The notes below the pieces were generated by a model. That model did not search any database, was not told the origin of the DNA, and saw only the letters and a program-made list of their open reading frames with translations. From Camelus ferus (Eukaryota): a stretch of DNA of 64,000 bases. The position numbers and the translations under genes are program-made. This document shows positions 34,501-44,165 of this stretch, in pieces. Positions within the stretch are counted from its first letter, which is position 1, and every line of letters starts with the position of its first letter. Location of the stretch: assembly GCF_009834535.1 (NCBI RefSeq), contig NC_045696.1, positions 58,034,001-58,098,000 on the forward strand, written 5' to 3'.

Positions 34501-37500
34501 CTTCTCAGGTAAATCTCCCAAAAAACGGAATCCTTTGGTTTTGGAAAAGAAAACAGAAATAGCAGTTTTTGAGGTGTGTGGTGAAAATGGAAAATGTGTA
34601 GAAAATGCCATCTCCTGGATACAGGAACTCATTCAAAAGGAACAGTGTCCTTACACCAGCGAAGATGAATGTGTCAAAAATTTTGATGAAAAGGAATATA
34701 GGGAATTGAATGAGCTTCAGAGGAAGTTAAACATCACCATTAAGTTGGACCATGACAAACCTTTGATTGAGGTTTCTGGAATTACCGTGGATGTGATGCA
34801 GGCTAGAAATGTAATTGAGGACATGATCAAGAGAGTTCGAGCATCCAAAGAACAGGAATCCCTGGCAGATCGTACCAGAGATTTTGTAGAATGGCAATAT
34901 GAGAACAATAACATTTTTCATAGTTTTGACAAAATAACAAATATGCAATTGGAGGATGCCAAGAAAGAAAAGAGAAAGACAATTGGTGTCAAAATTAATC
35001 ACCAGAGCTACACAGTGGACTTGAACACATACACTGCTACAGACGCAAAGGGAAACAGTTTACCTGTTCGGCGCCATAGAAAATCTGAAGGTGAATCAAA
35101 TTTTGGTGCTTGTTGTCCATTACTTTACGCCTGTGTTGTGTGTTGTACATACATCAAAATGTTGTTCAGGTATATAAAATTCAAGTAACCCTTACAGAAG
35201 AAAATAGAAAACTTGGTCTCTGAGCTTAAGGAGCTGACATTTTGGCCGAGAAAATCCAGCATGGCTGCCCCCAACAGCTGATGGTGATTATCTTAATGGT
35301 AGCAATAGTCAAACGCTGCATTTGTTCCCATCACTACAGTTTACCAGCTTCCCAGAGCCAGTTTTGGTGGCAAAGTAATGGCTGCTTTAGTCAGGAAAGT
35401 CCTGTAAAGAAAAGTAGCCCAGGTTTTCTAGAACAAAAGGCTGAAGACAGCCTAGTCAGAGAGTGCTCCTCTGTGTCTGTGACTGACAACCCAGAGTGAT
35501 GGGGAGACTATAGGATCTTCTCCCAGAAGTCACTCCTCTTCCGCCCTGAGGCTAAAGTTCCTTGACACACACATCAGGAAGCAGCCTTCAAAATTCCAGA
35601 GAAGGGAATGCTTGTCTCCTATAGACAGCCATTTCTGCCTTTAGACCATATAGATCCCCCACTGAAAACTAGTGAATTGGCTTCCAGAACATTGTCTTCA
35701 TCTCTTGAGAGATCCCTGTGGACAAATTCCTCAGACTCTGAGCAACCTTGGGGAAATGACAAGTATAGTATTCTGTTTAGCAGAAAGGAAGACAGAGCTG
35801 CCACCACAGCCTGCCACGTAGCAAAACCTCCCACCCACCCAACTCTTAAGGATGCTGTGAAGATTAATGAGAGAATAGATGTGGTGGACTTTGTGGTGGT
35901 GGTGAGTTCTGGCAAAAACCCATGCATTTGTAAACAAAATAGTAGTGATTATTTATTGAAAACATTGTAGAGAAATCATTTATTGTTAAATTATTAAGTT
36001 ATGACAGCTTAGAGACTGCACAGAATATGCAGCTAACTTATATTACACCAACAGTTCTCAAATCCGAGCATGATCAAAACTTGTTAACATGCAGGTTTTG
36101 AAGTTTGTTTTGTTTTATTGTTTTTTTTTCCTTAAACAAGCATTATAGTTGGTTCTAATGCAGGTTATCTGTGGCCCACATTTTCAAAGACATTCTTCTC
36201 CAAAGATAAGGAGCTTCTTGAACACCTTGAATTAGGAGATTGTAAAACAAGAGCACAAATAACATTCAGTTTTTCAAAGTATACCAGGAATGTAGACAAT
36301 GTGGATGAGTCTTCCCAGGTGTGAGGGTGTTTTCAAATGTCTACTTTGCAGTTGAGCTCCCCCCAAACTGGACTGATATGAAGCAGCAGGGTGTCCATGT
36401 GGTTGAGCTGCAGCCTCATCATCCAGAGTACAAAACTGTGGCCAGGAAGTTTAACGAGACCTGCTCAAACTTCATCATAGAGAAGGTGAGCCTTCTGCTG
36501 GCGTGGAGTTTCTAAATGATGGAAAAGGGGTATCACGGACCTGGGTAAATACATTTTCATTCACTTCCTATCACATTTTTTACTCAGAATTAGAATATTT
36601 TATGGCAATTATATTTTAAGTTCTGGTTTCTACTCATATCACTGTGATTACTGAGACATTAGAATTGAGATTCTTGAGTCAGTTATTACAATATAATATT
36701 AGATTATAATATGATATTAGAATACTAGAGATATATATTTACTTTGTGAAGCAAGCAAACAACAATTCCAAGATTTTTTCCATTTCTTTAATTTTGTGTC
36801 TATATGAGATGATGGGTGTTCACTGGACTTTTGGAGATTGTTTCATGATGTATGTAAGTCAAGACACTATGCTGTACATCTTAAACTTACATACATGCTG
36901 TATGTATGTAAATTACATCTCAATAAACCTGGAAGAGTAAATAAACGTGCCTGATAGATAGATACTTAGATTCCCTCAGTGTAAACCAGTTGAGCAAAAC
37001 AGCTGGTGGTACCAAGAAAATGTAATTCAAGTATGTAGCTCTTTGATGGTCTGGTTCTGAGATAAATTTCATTGCAGTCCTCTGGTAGTGGCTGACTGGC
37101 ACATTGTAATAAGATGCCAAGTCCAGATGGAGCAGGACTGTCCAGTTGACCCGAAATGTCTGCGGCGGGCCCTGAAAGGTACCGTATGTTGGCAGACCTT
37201 GGCCAGAGAAATGACTTCACTACTCTTTACACTGGAACCCTTTTTTCAAATAAAATCTTATGTGAAGTCCCAGTCTGTGACACCAGTAAAAGCAGAGCTA
37301 GGTTGTACTCAAGGCCCCTCTGTGAGGTATCTGGTAGTGCAAAAACACTAACAGGAAAAATGGGTGGTCTGTCATCCTCCATGACTGTCGTATCTTATGA
37401 CTAAGGTTTTTAACATCCATGAACTTCCACCTAGCTTCAACAGTTTTGCAACATTTGCTTTTTTCCCTTCAATTTCTCTGTTTTTGCTGAAACAACTGAA

Positions 37501-40500
37501 AGTAAGTTGCAGATATGACACTCCTAAATATTTTAGCATGTATCTCCTAAGCATAAAGACATTTCCTAAATAAAACAAATATTATCCCATTTAAGAAAAT
37601 TAACATTAATTCAATAATATCCCATAGAGTCAATATTCAAATTTCTCCAGTTGCTCAAAATAGCTTTCTTATAACTTCCTGCCAAGCCCTGCCCGTCTGA
37701 GCTCGCACATTGCGTCTAGTCATTTTTCTCTCCTTCATCTGTTCTGATCTAGAACAGTACTCCTACACTTTTAAGCATTATTTTTCATGATATTGAAATT
37801 TTAGAAGACTTTAAGCCAGTTGTGCTGTAGAATGTGCCACATTCTGGCTCTGTCTTGCCTAGAGATTTTGAAAACTCAAGCAGTTTTCTTATAGACTTTA
37901 GAGTTGTCTGATTCCTCATGGTGTCACTTAATTTATTCCTCTGTCCTCTTTATTTCTGATAAACTTGGAGCTAGGTTGAAAGGCTTGTGTAAATTCAGGT
38001 AAATATTTTTTAGAAGAATATTTTGTAGGTGATGCATCAAATCAGAAGCTTCTTATTTATTTATTTATTTTTATTGATGTATAGTTAATTTACAATATTG
38101 TATTAATTTCAGGTGTACAGCAAAGTGATTCAGCTATACGTATCTAATACATATATATACATACATATACATTCAGATTATTTTCCATTATAGGTTATTA
38201 TAAGATACTGATTATTGTTCTCTGTGTTATACAGTAAATCCTGATTGCTTATCTATGTTATATAAAATATGAAAGTCTTATTATATAAAGACTTTTACTG
38301 ATTGACATCCATTGACGATCCTTTCCTGAATCCACTATTACATTGCATTGAGGTTGCAAGACGGTAATTTTCTATTTCTGTCATTCCGTCTATACTGATT
38401 ATCTGGCATTTTGATAAAGAAGAATTTTCCTTCCCTCTTGCTTTTTAAAAAATTCAGTATGTTACATTTAATTACAGTGATTATTCTTTTAGATTCACAA
38501 ATCATCCTACAGATAGCTAATAGGGACCCTCTCAAGTTGGCTGCCACATCCTTTTGATGACCCCATTAATCTGTACATTTCTCCACTTTCTGGCACAGGG
38601 TCTTTTCAGCTCACCTGTACTTTCTCTGTCTCAGGCTTGGAATCAGACATTCTTCTAAGAAGCCCTAGTTATTTTCAGTGAGGAATGGTAATGAGAAATC
38701 AAGATCTGCACGCTAGGTGTGCTTACTGCTAAGGTGTTATTGCTTCCAGGCTCTTTCATGGCTAAAGCTAAGAAAGCATGAGTTCATATGGATGTTTTCA
38801 TTTAAAACTCAATAATGTAGATTTTTCCCTGAATTTCTTGGATTATATATGTATTTTCCTGTGCAATAAAAATTTTGGTTCCTAATATTATATATTTACT
38901 TGTTTTATACTACAGTATACATAAAAATGTTTCAAAATTATGATACCAAAATTATTATTGGCAATATTTTTTGGTTATTATTAGCATGCCAAATTTTTTC
39001 TACCCTTTTTATTTTAACCTTCCTATAACTGTAAATTTAAGATGTGCCCTTTGGTAGCAGCATATACTTGAGTTTTGTTTTTCGTCATCCAGTCTGACAA
39101 TCTTTATCTTTTAATTGGGGTACTTAGTCTATTTACATATTTACTGATGTTTGGCTTTAAATATACCATATTAATCTTGGTTTTCTATTTATCACATCTA
39201 TTCTTTGTTCTTTTTTCCTTCTTTTCCTGCCCTCTTCTGGATTGAGTATTTTTATTATTACATTTTCATCCCCTATTAGATTGTTGATTATACTTTCTAC
39301 TACAGTTCTTATATTGGTTACTGAGAGATTACAGTGTGCATCTTTGACTCATTAAACTCTGATGCAAATTAGTATATTTATCATTTACCAGACGATGCAA
39401 TGAACTTTGAACACTTTAATGCCATTTATTTCCCTCCTTCCTTTTGTACTACTTTTAACATGTACTTTAATTCTGTGTATATTTGAAACCCTATAAAACA
39501 TTTTAATTTTTTTATACAGTAAGTACTTATTTACATTTACCAACATATTTACCCTTTCACCCCACTGCTTTTCAGTCCTTCTTGTATTTCCATGCTTCCA
39601 TCTGGGATCATTTTCCTCTGGCTTTAGTATTTCTTCTAGTGCAGGTCTGAAAGTGATGAATCCTCTCAGTTTTTGTCTGAAAATGTATTTCACCTTCATT
39701 CTTTGAAAGATATTTTTGCTGGGTATAGAATTCTTCATTGGCAGTTATTTGAGCATTTTGAAGAAGTTATTCTATTATCTTCTGACTTTGGTTCACCCTG
39801 CAGTTCCCTTCTCTCCAAGAGCTTGGCCCATCAAATACTAGTTGCCTTCAAACAGACTTCTCCCCCTACCAGCTCTTTTAGTAGTTTTTGGTAAGAAGAT
39901 TGGTCTGATACAGGTAGTCTGTCATAGCCAGAAGCCTGCTGCTTAAATAAGCCTCCTAAGTAAAGCTTAAGATTTATTTGCAGTGCTTTTTTTTTTTAAC
40001 CTTAGAATGCATCCCAGTAGGAATATAGAATCAGATTACCATGTTAAAAATTACTTGAAGTAATTCTTCTCTCTGTGTGGTTATTAAATTTTAAAAGGGT
40101 CAGTGCTCACTTCAGCAGCATATATAAGAAAAGAGAGTGAGAAACAAGAATGAAAAGACTAAGAAATTAAGAATGGTTTTAAAACTCTGTAAGAAGCAAT
40201 TTTTAAGGCTTTAACAATGAGTAAAATAAGTAAAATTTAAGGTAAATGGAAATAAAATGGAAGTAGGCAGGTTGAAGATTAGAAACTTAGTTATAGGTAA
40301 AAGGAAAAATAAATTTTAAAATTATAAATCAGATCAATGAAATACATGATAATGCTGAGACTTGGAACTAGAGGGCACATTGTATCTTAATTAAAAATGG
40401 GAAACCCAAAACTGGAAGAAAAAAAAAAGAACCAGATAAAGTCAGGTAATAATGGTGTCAGACTTGAGAGTTCTCTGGACTGGAAGAAGATTCTGACCAA

Positions 40501-42024
40501 ATGGAACCTTCACCTGTGCCTCCCCATGAGGGGCCTAGCCCCTCTCAGCCATCCCGCACTCTTTCCCAAGTCAACCTTATGAAACTGCCACTACCCGGCA
40601 ATTTAGGGGAGTGTAGAAACTGACCTGCAATCCAAGACCCATGGAGTTCCAGCACAGCCCTGGAGGCCACTGCCCAAAAGTATGGGCAAAGCATAACCAC
40701 TTTGGTGTATAACAAGATTCCCTCCCGCCAGGATTCATGCCCCACTCTTCCAGCTGGGCCAGAGATTAATTTCCATTAATTCATTTCCTTCTTGCCTAGA
40801 CACTCTAGTGCTTCTCCCACTGTTAGAGCATGGCTAGATAAACCAGTATCCCAGAAGGGCTGGGGAGGAGAGAGGGAAAGTGACTAAGTGAGGTAGGTAG
40901 CAATGGGAACAGTTAGGAGCTGGAGAGGCTTGGTGGACCACGTTCATACAATGAGGACTTAAGATCCTAAACATTGTTTGCTCTCATGTGTTGCATAAAA
41001 GGTAATTTTAAATTAAATTAACAGTCTTACCAAGGCATGTTTTTTAAAACCCTGGATCTAAGAAGAGTTCTGAATGCAGAAAGCTGCCATCTGGAATTGG
41101 ATTTGCTGTTTACTGTAATTTATGCTTCTGAAAACCAGTGGTCACGTTTCATTTGCTGTATCTTGCCAAGGGTTCTTGGCATTGACTGCCAATTTTCCTT
41201 ATTGATTTGCAGATTGAGAGAATCCAGAATCCAGATCTCTGGAAGAACTACCAGACAAAGAAAAACAACATGGATGCCAAGAATGGACAAGTAATAAATG
41301 AGAAGCTGCTCTTCCATGGGACAGATGTGGAGTCAGTGCCACTTGTCAATGGAAAAGGTTTCAACCGCAGTTATGCTGGAAAGAATGGTAAGGAAGCACG
41401 TAATGGGGCTGCTCCAAAGGAGGTGGATGTCAGGCATGAGAACCTGAGCTGGCCAGGGGCAGTGGGGATGGCCTGTGTTCTCCTCTCATGGCTGGGGACC
41501 CTGTTACAGCCCAGGCTTTAGGATGGACTCACTATGTGTCATCTCAAAGAGACTGACTGGCCCTCTGGGGTGGAGGAATGATTTTTTTAAATTAAAAACA
41601 CACAAAAATTTTTTTAAGAGGCTTTAGAGAGAACTGAACATTATTTTAAACATTCTTTGACATATTGGGTCAACATGTTTCAAATTATAGACTAAATTGA
41701 AATCCTTAAAAATGTCTTGTTTTTCTCTTCACAGCTACAGCATTTGGAAAGGGAACCTATTTTGCTGTCAATGCCAGTTATTCTGCCAATGATACATACT
41801 CCAGACCAGACATGAATGGGAGGAAGCGCATGTATTATGTGCGAGTACTTACTGGAATCTACACACGTGGACATATGTCATTAATTGTGCCTCCTCTAAA
41901 GGATCAGACAAATCCTACTGACTCATATGACACTGTCACAGATTGTGTGCAAAATCCAACTTTATTCGTGGTATTTTATGACTACCAGGCTTACCCAGAG
42001 TACCTCATTACTTTCATACGATAA
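1578..42024 (+). CDS. PARP14: PARP14 (ARTD8/BAL2) mono-ADP-ribosyltransferase, whole 17-exon coding span, predicted 1797 aa
   Basis: Spliced translation [17 protein letters not shown]...[10 protein letters not shown] is recognisably PARP14. All 16 introns are GT-AG with compatible phases; exon sum is 5394 nt with no internal stop. Confidence 0.98.
4170..4197. promoter_or_regulatory. Intron 1 composite NF-kB + ISRE element
   Basis: GGAAAGTCCC (reverse complement GGGACTTTCC) at 4170-4179 and AGTTTCAGTTTCC at 4185-4197. Confidence 0.65.
5911..6152 (-). mobile_element. 5'-truncated L1 3' end with perfect 16-bp target-site duplication
   Basis: ATGTTTCTTCAATTTA at 5895-5910 and 6153-6168; (TTTA)n tail; L1 3'UTR-like sequence tttattgagttatagtcattttacaatgttgtg. 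Confidence 0.8.
6462..6586 (+). CDS. PARP14: PARP14 exon 2
   Basis: Acceptor tttcag; [25 protein letters not shown]...PTK; donor AAG|GTAAGT; 125 nt. Confidence 0.95.
7376..7409 (+). CDS. PARP14: PARP14 exon 3 (34-nt micro-exon)
   Basis: tttcag|GAATCC...TCAG|gtaact; encodes [11 protein letters not shown]; needed to join phase-0 exon 2 to phase-1 exon 4; not in the ORF track. Confidence 0.92.
10210..10615. mobile_element. MLT1-type (MaLR) LTR remnant
   Basis: ggccaggcctggaagtg...cacttccacccatattccatt...ctgggaaatgttgtctag resembles MLT1 LTRs. Confidence 0.5.
10866..11237. mobile_element. Tigger2-type (TcMar) DNA transposon derivative
   Basis: Left end TA-CAGTTGACTCTTGAACAGCACGGG; partial inverted right end CCCGTGTTGTTCAAG. 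Confidence 0.75.
11926..12168 (+). CDS. PARP14: PARP14 exon 4 (RRM2)
   Basis: DVSEELD...[28 protein letters not shown]...AVVTFPKYF; donor G|GTAAGA; 243 nt. Confidence 0.95.
12375..12434. repeat. Compound (TG)n(CG)n(GA)n microsatellite
   Basis: gtatgtgttatgtgtgtgtgcatgtgtgtgtgtgtgcgcgcgcgtgtgaaagagagagac. Confidence 0.85.
13010..13240. mobile_element. MIR SINE
   Basis: Core caagttactaccttctgtatgctttactttcctcatctataaaatggggacaataatacc. Confidence 0.7.
13952..13985 (+). repeat. Pure poly(A)34 tract
   Basis: Uninterrupted A run. Confidence 0.9.
14516..14752 (+). CDS. PARP14: PARP14 exon 5 (RRM3)
   Basis: tgtag acceptor; [10 protein letters not shown]...[12 protein letters not shown]...LIEFFDRK; donor AG|GTAATA; 237 nt. 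Confidence 0.96.
16085..16230. mobile_element. MIR SINE
   Basis: attttataaatgaagaaactgaggcac...taacttgaccaaggttacacaactagtaagggacagagccaggatttgaa. Confidence 0.75.
16568..16594 (+). repeat. Poly(T)27 tract
   Basis: Uninterrupted T run inside MIR-like sequence. Confidence 0.9.
18027..20272 (+). CDS. PARP14: PARP14 exon 6 (KH-like region, macrodomain 1, start of macrodomain 2)
   Basis: 2246-nt exon inside ORF 18026..20401; polypyrimidine tract plus AAG acceptor; macrodomain motifs [20 protein letters not shown]; donor CA|GTGAGT at 20273. Confidence 0.97.
21255..21450. mobile_element. MIR SINE
   Basis: gccaggcactatgctaagtgct...ttagaggggttaagtgatttgcccaagtcccacagcta. Confidence 0.7.
22295..22531 (+). 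CDS. PARP14: PARP14 exon 7 (macrodomain 2)
   Basis: [29 protein letters not shown]...VLHVVAPEW; donor AAG|GTGGGA; 237 nt. Confidence 0.96.
23120..23341 (+). CDS. PARP14: PARP14 exon 8 (macrodomain 2)
   Basis: [11 protein letters not shown]...[15 protein letters not shown]...HGNIQ; ttttcag acceptor; donor CAG|GTACGG; 222 nt. Confidence 0.96.
25781..25894 (-). mobile_element. tRNA-derived SINE (camelid Vic-1 type) with TSD
   Basis: Reverse reads GGGGGAGGGTGTAGCTCAGTCACAGAGTGCATGCTCAGCACGCATGATGTCCTGGGTTCAATTCCCAGTACCTCC; TSD TGAAAA(T/C)GTGATTT at 25767 and 25895. Confidence 0.85.
26257..26335 (+). CDS. PARP14: PARP14 exon 9
   Basis: ttacag|[32 protein letters not shown]; donor AAG|GTTCAG; 79 nt. 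Confidence 0.93.
26670..28320 (-). mobile_element. Old L1 fragment (ORF1/5' region), antisense in PARP14 intron 9
   Basis: T-rich L1-antisense text (gagtttatcctgtttgaagtttgctgaggcttcttgaatctg); minus ORF fragment [13 protein letters not shown] is L1 ORF1-like. Confidence 0.6.
28539..28688 (+). CDS. PARP14: PARP14 exon 10 (macrodomain 3)
   Basis: [50 protein letters not shown]; long poly-T acceptor; 150 nt. Confidence 0.95.
29008..29070 (+). CDS. PARP14: PARP14 exon 11 (macrodomain 3)
   Basis: [21 protein letters not shown]; tgtag acceptor; donor AAG|GTAAGG; 63 nt. Confidence 0.94.
29390..29557 (+). CDS. PARP14: PARP14 exon 12 (macrodomain 3)
   Basis: [29 protein letters not shown]...SICLPAIGT; 168 nt; donor CAG|GTTTGT. 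Confidence 0.95.
32969..33172 (+). CDS. PARP14: PARP14 exon 13 (end of macrodomain 3)
   Basis: [21 protein letters not shown]...[23 protein letters not shown]...SKIA; donor T|GTGAGT; 204 nt. Confidence 0.95.
33290..34392 (+). mobile_element. L1 3' portion (ORF2 end and 3'UTR) filling most of PARP14 intron 13
   Basis: aaaagcttctgcatagcaaaggaaa...aaatgcaaatcaaaaccataatg...gatggaccttgagggcattatgctaagtgaaataag. Confidence 0.85.
33909..34044 (+). mobile_element. tRNA-derived SINE (Vic-1 type) nested in L1
   Basis: TAGCTCAAGTGGTAGAG (A box), GGTTCAATCC (B box), A-tail; TSD AAGATTTG at 33901 and 34045. Confidence 0.88.
34393..34465 (+). repeat. (GGAA/GGGA)n purine-rich low-complexity tract
   Basis: gaaaggaaggaaggagtgaaggaaggagaggagggagggaaggaaggagtggggaggaagggagggaggg. 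Confidence 0.85.
34491..35090 (+). CDS. PARP14: PARP14 exon 14 (KH-like segment and WWE domain)
   Basis: [10 protein letters not shown]...EWQYENNN...LEDAKKEK...[12 protein letters not shown]; 600 nt; donor AAG|GTGAAT. Confidence 0.96.
36352..36485 (+). CDS. PARP14: PARP14 exon 15 (start of ART domain)
   Basis: [13 protein letters not shown]...[20 protein letters not shown]; donor AAG|GTGAGC; 134 nt. Confidence 0.95.
37400..39790 (-). mobile_element. Cluster of old antisense L1 fragments in PARP14 intron 15, with a younger L1 3' end at about 38055-38270
   Basis: L1-antisense motifs (catccagtctgacaatct, cctctcagtttttgtctgaaaatgtatt, tttattgatgtatagttaatttacaatattg); minus ORF 39385..39738 is L1 ORF1-like. 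Confidence 0.65.
40103..40126 (+). pseudogene. 3'-truncated U6 snRNA retro-fragment
   Basis: GTGCTCACTTCAGCAGCATATATA versus U6 5' end GTGCTCGCTTCGGCAGCACATATA (21/24; two differences are CpG decay). Confidence 0.7.
41213..41387 (+). CDS. PARP14: PARP14 exon 16 (ART domain, catalytic His)
   Basis: [10 protein letters not shown]...[10 protein letters not shown]...[10 protein letters not shown]; donor G|GTAAGG; 175 nt. Confidence 0.96.
41735..42024 (+). CDS. PARP14: PARP14 exon 17, coding part (ART domain Tyr and Leu of the H-Y-L triad)
   Basis: [17 protein letters not shown]...RVLTG...[25 protein letters not shown] at 42022-42024. Confidence 0.96.
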
Positions 42025-42204
42025 CATTTTGGTATCCTTTACAGAAGATATTATTCGTCTATACATTATCTAACTGTAAAGCAAGGGTAGGGTTTTTTTT
42101 TTTCTTCTCTTAACAGCTTTTTCTAAAATCAAAGGATCCTTGTCAGTGAAATCAGACTTTCTTCAGCTTCTCCTTCATAACTGGAATGAACCTGTCTTGA
42201 AAGC

Positions 42205-42210
42205 AATAAA
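42205..42210 (+). terminator. Candidate proximal PARP14 polyadenylation signal
   Basis: AATAAA 180 nt after the stop, with a TGTGTT element downstream; usage unknown. Confidence 0.4.
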
Positions 42211-42330
42211 TTTGAGAATTTAAATAGGGTAACCAGTTACAACTGTGTGTTCACAGCCATGGATATCAGATCTGTGGAAATACAGGTTTGTATTTCCAGG
42301 AAAGGAGGGAATAACTTAATCTTAAAAAAA

Positions 42331-42411
42331 TTTTTTTTTCTTTAAACTGGGGGATGACCCCAGGACTTTGAGCATGCTAAGCAACATTCTACCGAGCTAT
42401 ACCCCCACCCC
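42331..42411 (-). mobile_element. Short, diverged Vic-1-type SINE downstream of the PARP14 stop
   Basis: Reverse reads GGGGTGGGGGTATAGCTCGGTAGAATGTTGCTTAGCATGCTCAAAGTCCTGGGG; flanked by near-identical GAATAAC..TAATCTTAAA repeats. Confidence 0.75.
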
Positions 42412-43110
42412 AAAGAATAACACTAATCTTAAAGGCAGAGGACACAGCGATGCAATTTCAGCTGCCACGAAGAGACAGCAGGTGTCATGTCAGGACTCCA
42501 TGCTGCGGGGAGCACAGTATTACTAAGTGGGTAGGGCTGCTTTCTTCCCAGGCAGCATGAATGGTGCCTTACTTTTTATCCCTGAGCTGAGGTCTGTGCC
42601 TGATGTACAATGGGTGCTTCCTAAGTGTTTCATAAACCAATTAAGAACGAAAAAGCCCAGTCAGGCTCCTAAGCAAAATGAGAACCATCTCTTCAACACC
42701 CTTGACTTATTGTCACTTCACCTCAAATTGCAGAGATTCTGCGGCAGGGAAGTTGTTCTTCACGAACCAGTCTACGGCACGTGGGACAGCTCGGGGTCAA
42801 GGCTCTGGGCAGTGTAGCCGTGCCCATCACAGTCCAGGGGCTGTGGTCCAGCTTGGGGATGAGGTGAATTGTGTTCCATGGAGTTGTGCACCACAGCAGC
42901 CCTGTCTCCGATTGGACCTTTTTAATATTGAACCCCAATCTGCCTTCTTATAGCTTCTACTCATAGTCTTAGTTCTGCCCAATGGAAAAAAAGTGTAATG
43001 CCCGCTCATCTTCAGTGTGAAACCTTCTATGTTAAGATTAAATGAATCTAAGGATATTAAATAGCATATTTTCCTTGGCAGCCTAGCTTTTGGTGATTTT
43101 AAAGTGCATA

Positions 43111-43116
43111 AATAAA
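43111..43116 (+). terminator. Candidate distal PARP14 polyadenylation signal
   Basis: AATAAA; an ATTAAA lies at 43037 and another AATAAA at 43885. Confidence 0.4.
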
Positions 43117-44039
43117 CCAAAGGAATTAAGCAGTCATATTGCTAATTTGCTAACTCAGTATCTATTGGATGGTAATGGAAAGTTTCTTTTTTAACTTCTC
43201 TGGGCCAGTTTCAGATTCAAACAATTTATTGAGCGCCTAGATCATACCAGGTAGTGTAACGGGTGCTTTTGCATACAGTATTTATTTTATTTCCTCAAAC
43301 ACTCTTGTGAGGTAAGAATTATATCCCCATTTTAAGGTTGAGGAAATGGATGCTCAGAGTGCAAGAAGCTTCCTTGTCTGAGGTCACCTGGGTAATAGCC
43401 CTCAGAGCCAGCAGTTGAATCTGGGTCTCTGTGTCATCAAGCCCCTTGTTCTTCCCAGTACAGAACATGGCCTCTAGATTAATGTGACTGACTGAAGAAC
43501 ATCTCAGACAATCTGTGAGTTACTGTCAGTTTTCCTTGGTCTTGTCCCTTATGGCTTTGGTTTTCATGGTAGGGTCTCTCCCTTTGAAGCTCTGGAGGCC
43601 AAGAGTGTAGAGCTATGCCCATGTGGAGCCAGGGAAGATGGTGAACTTGGAGGCTCAGGTCTCCAGGAGGATAAAGGTGCTCTTCCCTGGCCCCAGGGAA
43701 CAACACTGGCACTTCAAGTAGAGGAGGTTGAGGGGACAACAGTTGCTGCTTCATTAAATACAGACGACCTGAAATTTTTCTTGCTGTTGCTGTTTTTTAA
43801 GTGGATTGGCAAAGACATCTGATTGCTTAGGAGTGGCTTCTCAGCCACTGGCATCTGAACTTGGGTTTGACAATGACTGTAAGGAATAAAAAGGCAAGAC
43901 CTTCTCTTGAATTTGCTCCTGTTCTCCAGTGGTTTGGTTACCTTAGGGCAAGGCTGAATATCAGGGTGTATGGCACCGAAGTATAATGACTCAGTCAGTA
44001 AATGTTATAGTGACCCTCAACCTAAAGAAATATGCCATC

Positions 44040-44165
44040 CAACAGGGAATATAGCCAGTATTTTATAATAACTATAAATGGAGTATAATCTTTAAAAAAG
44101 GTGAATCACGGTATTGTACATGTGTAACATACAATACTGTACATCAACTAGACTTCAATACAAAT
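44040..44165 (+). mobile_element. L1 3' terminal fragment
   Basis: acagggaatatagccagtattttataataactataaatggagtataatc...catcaactagacttcaata. Confidence 0.7.

Noticed and set aside
1578..42024. PARP14 pseudogene or PARP15/PARP9 paralogue as the explanation for the MD1 changes
   Set aside because: Reading frame, splice sites, three-macrodomain plus WWE architecture and adjacency to HSPBAP1 all indicate the intact PARP14 orthologue.
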